64,000 nt of DNA from an uncultured Gammaproteobacteria bacterium (GTDB taxonomy: Bacteria > Patescibacteriota > Patescibacteriia > UBA9570): the NCBI GenBank assembly GCA_964385285.1, contig CAYLOJ010000002.1:559-64558 (forward strand), written 5' to 3'. The position numbers and the translations under genes were made by a program. The notes beneath the pieces were generated by a model. It had not been told where the DNA came from, did no database searches, and saw only the letters and a list, made by a program, of their open reading frames with translations. Of the stretch, positions 9,802 to 17,607 are shown in pieces (position 1 is the first letter of the stretch; the number at the start of each line of letters is the position of its first letter).

Positions 9802-10689
9802 ATGAGCGATAAGTTAACACGTCAGAGTATATATTCTCAGATATCTCAGTCAATGCGATCTAGCTTTGAAGAATCAAGACAGCTGCCCCATCCAGGAGAA
9901 AAAGGTAGAGCTGCGGAGCTGGTTTTGCGTAACTTCTTATCAAAACATCTGCCAAAACGTTTTGAAGTTTGCTCAGGTTTTATTTTAGATAAAGAGGATA
10001 ATGTTTCTGGTCAAACAGATGTAATAATCTACGATTCTTTAAATTGCCCAGTCTATTCTGTTCATGATGACCTGAGAATTATTCCAAGTGATAACGTTGC
10101 TGCCGTAGTAGAAGTGAAGTCAACGCTCAGGAATCAAGATTTTAATGATGCAGCGACTAAGGCATCAGTAATAAAGCATTTAGTTAAAACACCTGAACAA
10201 CCATCTAAAGAGATGGTCTTAACCAATACTTATGTTTCTTTGTTTGCATTTGACAGCGACCTTCCAAAGGAGAAAGTATGCGAACTTCATGCCACTTCAG
10301 TAAATGGTCGTGGATTAACTTGGCATCTTGATTCTGTATGCATTCTAGATAAAGTAATTAGCTATACGTCTGTAGAAATCGAACAACAAACACAAGGTCC
10401 ACAACCCATGGAACTTTCAGCCTTGAATCCTGCTGTTACTCGAGATAGATTGACTAAATTTAGTATCAGCGCTGAAGAAAAGAACCAGGACAGTCTAGAA
10501 ATATGGTTGCGTTTACTGCTAGCACACTTATCATTCTTTCGACACCGCGTTGACCATCCTGGCTTTGATTGGGACCGTAGCACACTCACGTGCGTATCTT
10601 TATTTGATATGCCTAGACGAAACCCAGAACGGAATGATCCTTGCTATTGCCTATCAGGCAATAAGTGGAAGTACTGTCATGGCGCTTAG
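9802..10689 (+). CDS. PD-(D/E)xK nuclease-fold protein with a C-terminal SEC-C zinc-binding motif (cargo of the tRNA-flanked cassette)
   Basis: Nuclease-core motifs QTDVIIYD and AAVVEVKSTL (D...E-V-K). The C-terminus (RNDPCYCLSGNKWKYCHGA) matches the SEC-C CxC-x8-CH motif. Low GC (about 38%) and no SD sequence. Confidence 0.55.
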   Translation: MSDKLTRQSIYSQISQSMRSSFEESRQLPHPGEKGRAAELVLRNFLSKHLPKRFEVCSGFILDKEDNVSGQTDVIIYDSLNCPVYSVHDDLRIIPSDNVAAVVEVKSTLRNQDFNDAATKASVIKHLVKTPEQPSKEMVLTNTYVSLFAFDSDLPKEKVCELHATSVNGRGLTWHLDSVCILDKVISYTSVEIEQQTQGPQPMELSALNPAVTRDRLTKFSISAEEKNQDSLEIWLRLLLAHLSFFRHRVDHPGFDWDRSTLTCVSLFDMPRRNPERNDPCYCLSGNKWKYCHGA

Positions 10690-10701
10690 GCTTAAAACCT
10701 A

Positions 10702-10767
10702 AAATCCCAGCTCCTGAGCATAAATAAAATCGCGCCCAGACGGGCGTGATTTTATTTTATTGTTCCC
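10702..10767 (+). repeat. Direct repeat copy 2 (attR-like), including a second copy of the terminator hairpin
   Basis: aaatcccagctcctgagcataaataaaatcgcgcccagacgggcgtgattttattttattgttc. It begins 12 nt after the stop of CDS 9802-10689. Confidence 0.75.
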
Positions 10768-10848
10768 TTGCTGGGCAATGAACCTATTGCACCGCAAGCA
10801 GTGTTTCGACGTATTCACATAGCCAATGGGATAATGTAAAGGCCACCG

Positions 10849-10881
10849 GAAACATCGTCTCCGGTGGCCTTGCCGTGCCTC
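10849..10881 (-). terminator. Candidate terminator hairpin downstream of the GC-rich M23/MopE gene
   Basis: Perfect 12-bp stem AAGGCCACCGGA / TCCGGTGGCCTT with a 9-nt loop. The following U-tract on the minus strand is weak. Confidence 0.35.
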
Positions 10882-10945
10882 GCTTGGTCGACGCCTCGTC
10901 GCCGAGACGCCGACGCCTGTTGGGCACGGTGCCTACCTTCCCCCG

Positions 10946-13729
10946 CTACAGTCCGTTGCCGTAGCTGAAGCTCCAGCTGGCGCTGTTGCTGCAGGTCGAG
11001 CAGGTCCGCGGGATGCTGGTGTTGTTCAGCACGTAGAAGGTACCGCTACGCCGGACGATGATCTCGTCCTTACCGTCTCCGGTCAGGTCGGCGAAGTAGT
11101 AGTCGTCGCTGTCGCCATACCCGTAGGTGAAGTAGAAGTCGTCCCCGCCTTCGTGGGTCTGATCCACCGTGAAGAGGTTGCCCTCCCGGAAGGTCAGGTC
11201 GATCTCTCCGTCACCATTGAAGTCGGCCAGGTAGTAGTGCTGCGTACTGGTACCCCAACCGAAAGGGTAATACCACTCCTCGCCGCCCGCCGCGTTGTTG
11301 TCCACGACGAAGTAGCGAGTCGACCGCTGGATGGCCAAGGCGCCTCCGTTGCCGAAGTAGTGCCCAACATCACCGCTGACGCCGAAGTTGTAGGTGCGAT
11401 CCGTCTCTCCGTCCGCATCCTCGTCGAGGTAGAAGGTGCCGTAGCCGAACACCACCGCCACACCGTCGCCGGTGGAGAAGTAGGTTGCGCTGACACCATC
11501 ACCATAGGCGAAGACGTAGTCGCTGCTGCCGTCGAGGCCCTCATCGCAGAGGAGCATGTCCAGGCGCCGCAGGCACGGGTCGAGGATGCCGTCGTGGTCG
11601 GAGTCGATGAACAGGTACTGATCTTCCGGACCAGTCCAACTGTCGATCACCCACTCGTTGTTGTCCAAGGTGACACCGATCCCGTCGGAGTCATCATCCG
11701 GTTCGTAGTCGATCGCCTGGAAGCAGACGTTGTCGTTCGTGACCGTAGATTGGAGCTGGACCGATTGAGCCGCCTCGCTGAACCACAGCCCTTGGAAGGT
11801 GTCCGTGGCTGAGTCCAGTGTGAGGTCGTAGCACTCCAGCAGATCGCCCGTTGCGTAGGGGCCGCTGTAGCCACAGGCCGTCATCGGCTGTTCGAGACTG
11901 TACGTCACCAACCCCAGCGTGCTGAAGGTGTGGTCGAACGTCAGGGTCAACTGGGTCTGGTCGTGGCTGTTCGCCATGATGCAGGCATAGTTGCCCCAGG
12001 AGTACTGCATCCAATCTCCCTGGTTGAGGGACAGGATGAAGTGTCCGAAGTCCCAGCCACTGGGGATCAAGGTACCGCTCGCCGCTTCGTCAAAGTGTTC
12101 GCCGTCGAGATGATCCAGACCGGTTTCGGTCAAGAAGTCCTCGAAGTCGAGCTCAACTCCGCTCAGAGCGACCGAGTTGTTGTCGATGACGCCATCACAG
12201 TCGTTGTCGACGCCGTCGTACCACTCCCAGCTGTCCGGGTTGATGTTCGCATCGGTGTCGTCACAGTCACCATCGGCGACGCTGTCCCCATCGTTGTCGA
12301 GGTCATTGTCGTCCGCGGCGGCTGAATCCACATCGAGCGCGTCGTCGGTAATGCTGAACGCAGAGTAGATGCAGGTGAGCTGGGAGTTGTTGGTGATGGT
12401 TGCACTGCCCTCGCTCAGATCGTAGTAGACGACCCGTTGGTAGCCAGCGGCGTTGGTGCCGCTGAAGGTCTGCAGGTAGCGGTCTCCGTTCGCGCAGACA
12501 CCCCCCGTGGGGTAGCCGAAGTGCTTGGAGGCACCGTACTTCTCGTACTTGCGCGCGATGGCATAGGAAACGACGTCGTCCCAACCTCCGCTGGTGAACT
12601 CACCCGGTGCGAAGCCGCTCGGGTAGTCGAGCACGTCCACCGGATTCGCTCCGGTGTTGGTGTCGTCCGGGTGGTAGGTCACACGACAGTCCTGGAAATC
12701 CTGCACCCACTTGTGGCCCTTGCCGTAGACGTTGGTGATGGGATTGCCGCAGTACTGCGGATCATGGGACGTGGAGCCCTGCGGACCGTTGGTCTGCAAC
12801 CAGCCGGACCACTGCTGCGCTTGCACAACGTAGGCGTGGTTTGCACCGCCCCAATCGTCGAAGACGACGGCGCCAGTGCAGGAGCCCGTGTAGTCCTGGG
12901 TGTAGAGCGTGGTGTACTCGTAGTTGCCCGTGCGGCAATCCCGACAGGTTGAGGACTGGCTCGGCGTCTGGCCGCTGCTGTAGCCCCACCAGTGCAAGGT
13001 TCCATTGGCGCTGCTGATGCAGATGCCCGGACTCTCCTTGGTGCCCGTCGCCGAGTTCTTCCGCTTGTTGTGCTTGTTGTAGGTACCGAAGTCGGTAGTG
13101 AGAGCGGTGGAGATGAGAGTGGAGGTGGAGGTAGAACTACCAGGGAGAACCGGAGGACACTGAGTCCACAAGTTGTCATCTCCACACCCAGTATCTTCGT
13201 TGTAGATGTCGGGGTAGATTTCCTGAGTGGAATACAGGTCGTAGGGGTCAAGATTTTCACCGCACCCAGGCTGACCGTAGCTATCCTCACTGACTTCGTA
13301 GTGGAGGTGAAGATAGCCATTCGAAGCATTACCACTCTTGCCGGACATACCGAGATAATCACCCACACTGAAATACCCAGAGCTGAACTCGCAGCTCTCA
13401 AGGTGAGCATAGACAGTGTAGTAGGTGTGGGAGCCAGTAGCATAGCTACCCTTAGCGTACCAACCCCAACTGTCGCTCCAACCACACGTGTAGTTACCAT
13501 CATGGGAAGCGGTCACCTCGAAGGTCAACCACTGGCCAGAGGTCCCCTTGCGGTAATCAATGCCGCAATGGTTCGCGGTAGTATAGTCGTAGATCCAACC
13601 CTGCTGAACATAAACAGCAGCATCATTGGTCGGCAAGTACAGATAGTTCGGCGAATCGGCCTTGGCAGGCACAGTGAACAGGAACAGAGCCAAGATGCTC
13701 AGAACGAGGATGCGCAAAGAGCGTTCCAT
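10946..13729 (-). CDS. Secreted multidomain protein: N-terminal M23 (LytM) peptidase, Ser/Thr linker, MopE-like Cys/Asp repeats, C-terminal FG-GAP/VCBS-like repeats; GC-rich foreign gene
   Basis: Signal peptide MERSLRILVLSILALFLFTVPAKA with a GAGGT RBS. M23 motifs YYTVYAHLES...GMSGKSGNASNGYLHLHYEV. MopE-like DGDCDDTDANINPD and WYDGVDNDCDGVIDN. FG-GAP-like DFNGDGEIDL and DLTGDGKDEIIV. GC3 is very high, with shadow ORFs in all frames. Confidence 0.65.
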   Translation of the reverse strand: MERSLRILVLSILALFLFTVPAKADSPNYLYLPTNDAAVYVQQGWIYDYTTANHCGIDYRKGTSGQWLTFEVTASHDGNYTCGWSDSWGWYAKGSYATGSHTYYTVYAHLESCEFSSGYFSVGDYLGMSGKSGNASNGYLHLHYEVSEDSYGQPGCGENLDPYDLYSTQEIYPDIYNEDTGCGDDNLWTQCPPVLPGSSTSTSTLISTALTTDFGTYNKHNKRKNSATGTKESPGICISSANGTLHWWGYSSGQTPSQSSTCRDCRTGNYEYTTLYTQDYTGSCTGAVVFDDWGGANHAYVVQAQQWSGWLQTNGPQGSTSHDPQYCGNPITNVYGKGHKWVQDFQDCRVTYHPDDTNTGANPVDVLDYPSGFAPGEFTSGGWDDVVSYAIARKYEKYGASKHFGYPTGGVCANGDRYLQTFSGTNAAGYQRVVYYDLSEGSATITNNSQLTCIYSAFSITDDALDVDSAAADDNDLDNDGDSVADGDCDDTDANINPDSWEWYDGVDNDCDGVIDNNSVALSGVELDFEDFLTETGLDHLDGEHFDEAASGTLIPSGWDFGHFILSLNQGDWMQYSWGNYACIMANSHDQTQLTLTFDHTFSTLGLVTYSLEQPMTACGYSGPYATGDLLECYDLTLDSATDTFQGLWFSEAAQSVQLQSTVTNDNVCFQAIDYEPDDDSDGIGVTLDNNEWVIDSWTGPEDQYLFIDSDHDGILDPCLRRLDMLLCDEGLDGSSDYVFAYGDGVSATYFSTGDGVAVVFGYGTFYLDEDADGETDRTYNFGVSGDVGHYFGNGGALAIQRSTRYFVVDNNAAGGEEWYYPFGWGTSTQHYYLADFNGDGEIDLTFREGNLFTVDQTHEGGDDFYFTYGYGDSDDYYFADLTGDGKDEIIVRRSGTFYVLNNTSIPRTCSTCSNSASWSFSYGNGL

Positions 13730-13823
13730 GATGACCTCACAACAGATTGTAAAAGTACGTCCTAGCTAGGAGGATTCCTGAACTAGCCATACCAATCCAA
13801 TGGTTGGATTGGTAGTGGCCAAG

Positions 13824-14612
13824 TCAGGAATTGGTTTGAAATGTGTGCACAATATTTAATAAGTCATTTTGGTCATAATTGCCATTATTTGTTTCCATTG
13901 TAAAAACTACACTTTGGACTGGCTTACCCATGTTCGTTAATTCAGCATCCGGGAGCGGAATGTAAATATAGTGGTAATTTGAGTTGCCTTCCCAGCTTTT
14001 TTTCAGGTAAACATTAGTTGCTACAATATTGTTATCCAGTAGTGTTGTATCGCCAATTGTAAAAGCAAAACCTTGTTCACTAACTAAGTCAGAAACTTCA
14101 AGGTCAGAAACAGCAACTGAAATTAACTTACCTCTTGCAACTGATTCCATTACTCCTACTCCCATCACATCTGTTAGAGATTTGTAGTGATCAATTTCTG
14201 CAGTAATATCTGCGTTGTCAAGCGAAGTAGCAAATACTATATCTGTCGTATTGACCTGATATCGTGGGTTATCATATGATTTTTTATATTCTTCAAAGAT
14301 ATCGTTTGAAATTTGCCAGTCCTTTGGATACTTAAAACTAAATCCATATTTCTCATTTGTATATGTCTGCCAATCGGAAGTATCTAAATCTGAAACTTCA
14401 GTGTTGCTATTCTCGTTCAGATTGGTATTAGCAATGGCCTCGTTCACATTGTCATTCGCAGTGGTAGTATTTGTGACTGTGTTTGTATTGTTCACACTAG
14501 TATTCACCACTGCATTGGCATTGGTATTGGTCTTTGTATCAGTAACGCAGCCTGCGAGTGTGATGGCGCTCAAGGCTAGGGCTGGTAGTAGATAAGGTGG
14601 TTTGTATGTCAT
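13824..14612 (-). CDS. Lipoprotein with an N/T-rich low-complexity linker (hypothetical surface protein)
   Basis: Lipobox LALSAITLAGC. Linker TNTNANAVVNTSVNNTNTVTNTTTANDNVN. Globular C-terminal domain with no recognised family. Confidence 0.5.
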   Translation of the reverse strand: MTYKPPYLLPALALSAITLAGCVTDTKTNTNANAVVNTSVNNTNTVTNTTTANDNVNEAIANTNLNENSNTEVSDLDTSDWQTYTNEKYGFSFKYPKDWQISNDIFEEYKKSYDNPRYQVNTTDIVFATSLDNADITAEIDHYKSLTDVMGVGVMESVARGKLISVAVSDLEVSDLVSEQGFAFTIGDTTLLDNNIVATNVYLKKSWEGNSNYHYIYIPLPDAELTNMGKPVQSVVFTMETNNGNYDQNDLLNIVHTFQTNS

Positions 14613-14758
14613 AAGCTGAATGTGGATAATTATGAATGTGTTAGATCAGGTTAGTTTGGCATAGTGGATACTAATGTAGATTTCTGGTATTCACTGCAAT
14701 ACTAGTGAAAGTGTCATCTTAGTGTACGGGACGCCCAAAATTGATCAATAGTTCTGTC

Positions 14759-14841
14759 GCGACGGCGCTATGCAAAAAACACTACTTTATCTAAGCAGAG
14801 TAGAATAATCTGCGAACAGTTGTGTTATCCCCAGACGGCGC
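14759..14841 (+). repeat. 83-nt paralogous intergenic element, copy A (starts GCGACGGCGC, ends CCCCAGACGGCGC)
   Basis: About 75% identical to 16092-16174, same length and orientation. It lies about 150 nt upstream of minus-strand CDS 13824-14612. Confidence 0.6.
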
Positions 14842-14904
14842 TAAAGTACACATCGGCAAGTATTTGAGTCCACAAAAGATATATGACAGTATCTGATTGC
14901 TCTT

Positions 14905-16047
14905 CTACCTGGATGGGGTTAACAAAGTTCTGTAAATGCGATTATACTCAGTGACAAAATAAAGATAGTTTTCAGTCAATACCATATCATTAATGCTAGC
15001 GTCATGTGTAGACCCAATTTGTTTCCAATTAGTAAAGTCTTTCGTACTTAGCACAACACTTTGTCCAGTATCATTCAGTGCTGACAGATATATTAATTCA
15101 GAGCTGCTATCAAAAAGTATGTGATCTTGAACTTTGAATCCAGTTATTCTCAATTTTTTCCAAGTTGTCCCTGCATCAGCTGAGTAGTATAATATACGAC
15201 GCTCTCCTTGCTCGAAGTATTCAAAAATATAGTTGCCTATTAAACCAACGTCCGTAGGACTAGTTTGAAATTTTTTAATGGATTGCCAGTGCGTGGCGTC
15301 ATCAGATATAAATAACTTTTTATTTGACTGAAGATATATTTTTTGATTAAAAACAAAAGAATGAACTGGCATGATAACTTCATGATCTGGCACATTCTGA
15401 TAATCAAGTACATCTGATTGGTTTGATTTTAGCGTATATGCACCCAAACGTTGGTTGCGGCTTCCAAAAAAATAGTACTTACCATTAAAGCGTACGCCCG
15501 ACATTTCCAATAAGTATGATTCTACCGTTGGCAATAATACAGCCTTTGAATCGCCCACGCCATGATGAAACTTGGTAACGACAAGCTGACTAGAACCACA
15601 AGAAGTATAAAGCCACTCTTTATAAGAGAAGAAATATTGTTGGCTTTGAGTGTAATAACAGTTATTCAAGAAAGTGATGGTGTTATTAGTCGTGATCCTG
15701 TACAAACCATCCCCAAAGTAAACATACAATGCATTGTTGTAGACAACTGCTGGTTTATGCCCAACCTGGTAGCTAGAGTAATCAAACGAACCTTGAAGTA
15801 GATAGCTCCAACCAGCTTGCGTCAGTGTTGCGAATGTGTAGGGATACGATGAACTTATGGGCCCCCCACTATCATAGTGAGTAAAGTAAATAGTATTATT
15901 GAAACTGTATAAGTGCTGGCTTGCATTGGAATAAGGGCTAATAATTTCTGGAGAAACATCTTCCCAGGTTGCATCAACGACATCCATAGCAAAACCCCTA
16001 CAGGGTAACAATAACAGTGCTGCTAAAACGATACATTTATAATCCAT
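14905..16047 (-). CDS. Secreted BNR/Asp-box repeat protein (beta-propeller, sialidase-like fold)
   Basis: Signal peptide MDYKCIVLAALLLLPCRGFA. Asp-box motifs YYSADAGTTWKKL and STKDFTNWKQI. The annotated longer start at 16128 runs into repeat copy B, so the start was moved to the internal Met at 16047. Confidence 0.5.
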   Translation of the reverse strand: MDYKCIVLAALLLLPCRGFAMDVVDATWEDVSPEIISPYSNASQHLYSFNNTIYFTHYDSGGPISSSYPYTFATLTQAGWSYLLQGSFDYSSYQVGHKPAVVYNNALYVYFGDGLYRITTNNTITFLNNCYYTQSQQYFFSYKEWLYTSCGSSQLVVTKFHHGVGDSKAVLLPTVESYLLEMSGVRFNGKYYFFGSRNQRLGAYTLKSNQSDVLDYQNVPDHEVIMPVHSFVFNQKIYLQSNKKLFISDDATHWQSIKKFQTSPTDVGLIGNYIFEYFEQGERRILYYSADAGTTWKKLRITGFKVQDHILFDSSSELIYLSALNDTGQSVVLSTKDFTNWKQIGSTHDASINDMVLTENYLYFVTEYNRIYRTLLTPSR

Positions 16048-16091
16048 ATGTGCAGCATAAAAGTTCACACCAATAAACACAAGGGCGCTGA

Positions 16092-16174
16092 TGCGACGGC
16101 GCAAGGGCAAAAACGCTACTTTCATCAAGCAGAGTAAAATAATTTACGCATGAATGAGTTTTCCCCAGACGGCG
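16092..16174 (+). repeat. 83-nt paralogous intergenic element, copy B
   Basis: gcgacggcgcaagggcaaaaacgctactttcatcaagcagagtaaaataatttacgcatgaatgagttttccccagacggcgc. It lies about 45-125 nt upstream of minus-strand CDS 14905-16047. Confidence 0.6.
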
Positions 16175-16317
16175 CACTCATGGCACGGAACGTTCTCATA
16201 ACTTCTTCCGAGATGGTGTCTACCATGAGGTCAGAATTTGGCCAGTTTTTGTTTTGCGCTATAAAAAAAACACAAACTTTGCTAAGGTATAAATATAATC
16301 AATAACTGAATGCACTT

Positions 16318-16689
16318 ATGGCTAAAGGTACTTACGTCGACGGTTTCGTCATTGCGATTCCAAAGAAGAATACAGCCAAGTATAAGGCGATGGCTAAAGA
16401 AGGACTCACCATTTGGAAAAAATTCGGAGCGCTAGATTACAAAGAATGTATCTTTGATCAAACACCGCCGCAAGTTAGTCTGACCTTTAAGAAATTGATT
16501 AACGCCAAACCGACGGAAACCGTTTGGTTTTCATTTGTGACCTATAAATCGAAAGCCCATCGCGATGCCGTGAATAAAAAAGTGATGGCGTATTTTGCGA
16601 AAAAATATAGTGACGCCGATCTGATGAACATGCCCTTTGATATGAAGCGCATGGCGACTGGTGGGTTTAAAGTAGTAGTAGGGATTTAG
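16318..16689 (+). CDS. DUF1428 family protein
   Basis: 123 aa. MAKGTYVDGFVIAIPKKNTAKYKAMAKEGLTIWKKFGAL... matches the DUF1428 N-terminal signature. Confidence 0.5.
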   Translation: MAKGTYVDGFVIAIPKKNTAKYKAMAKEGLTIWKKFGALDYKECIFDQTPPQVSLTFKKLINAKPTETVWFSFVTYKSKAHRDAVNKKVMAYFAKKYSDADLMNMPFDMKRMATGGFKVVVGI

Positions 16690-16694
16690 AGTCT

Positions 16695-17576
16695 GTGCAA
16701 AAAATCGTTACCCATTTATGGTTCGATACACAAGCTAAAGAAGCTGCGGCTTTTTATGTAGATCTCTTTGGTGGAGATTCTAAAATTAAGCACAGCTCCA
16801 AGCTACAGGGCACGCCGTCTGGTGATGTGGATTTACTAGCGTTCACCTTGCTGGGGCAGGATTTTATGGCCATTAGTGCAGGACCCTATTTCAAATTTAA
16901 TCCATCCATTTCATTTCATGTGAAATGTAAAACGGTAGAACAGGTAAACCAGATCTGGAGTAAATTATCACCCGGTGGAAAAGTATTAATGGAGTTAGGT
17001 AAGTACCCATTTAGTGAACGCTACGGTTGGGTAGAAGATCGTTATGGATTATCTTGGCAAATTATCCATTCCGGAGATCAGCCGATTACGCAAGCGATTG
17101 TGCCGGTGTTGATGTTTACGAATAACGTCTGCGGTAAAGCTAAACCTGCTATGGAGTTTTATACCTCAGTCTTTCACAACGCAAAGATTCACTTTACGGC
17201 TCCGTATGGTGTTGGCGCCGAACCCGATGCACCGGACAGTATTAAGTATGGCCATTTCAGTATGGAAGGCCAAGAGTTTGGTGCTATGGATAGCGCGCGG
17301 CAGCATGACTTCAATTTTAATGAAGCTATATCCTTTCTTGTGCGTTGTGATACCCAAGCCGAAATTGATTACTATTGGGAAAAATTGTCAGCCGTTCCTG
17401 AAGCGGAACAATGTGGTTGGCTAAAGGATCAATTTGGTGTGTCTTGGCAAATTTCACCGACAGTGATGGAAACAATGCTACAAACTACCGATCAGGCCAA
17501 GCTTGACCGGGTGACCAAGGCGTTTTTGCAAATGAAAAAATTTGATCTTGCCGCTTTGGAGCAATCCAGTCAGTAG
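16695..17576 (+). CDS. PhnB-like / 3-demethylubiquinone-9 3-methyltransferase-domain (VOC superfamily) protein, two tandem domains
   Basis: Two tandem ~140 aa PhnB-like (3-dmu-9_3-mt) domains: HLWFDTQAKEAAAFYVDLFGG... and PVLMFTNNVCGKAKPAMEFYTSVF... Confidence 0.5.
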   Translation: MQKIVTHLWFDTQAKEAAAFYVDLFGGDSKIKHSSKLQGTPSGDVDLLAFTLLGQDFMAISAGPYFKFNPSISFHVKCKTVEQVNQIWSKLSPGGKVLMELGKYPFSERYGWVEDRYGLSWQIIHSGDQPITQAIVPVLMFTNNVCGKAKPAMEFYTSVFHNAKIHFTAPYGVGAEPDAPDSIKYGHFSMEGQEFGAMDSARQHDFNFNEAISFLVRCDTQAEIDYYWEKLSAVPEAEQCGWLKDQFGVSWQISPTVMETMLQTTDQAKLDRVTKAFLQMKKFDLAALEQSSQ

Positions 17577-17607
17577 GTGATCGATCAATTTCTGCTATAC
17601 TGCACAG

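Noticed and set aside
8540-13765. Numerous additional ORFs on both strands inside the high-GC segment (e.g. 8540-9124 +, 8560-9231 -, 11153-11812 +, 11930-12325 +, 12437-12952 +, 12679-13503 -, 12992-13765 +)
   Set aside because: Shadow ORFs typical of high-GC DNA. They overlap the two long, motif-bearing reading frames (8618-9295 and 10946-13729) and translate to low-complexity Pro/Arg/Thr/Ala-rich peptides.
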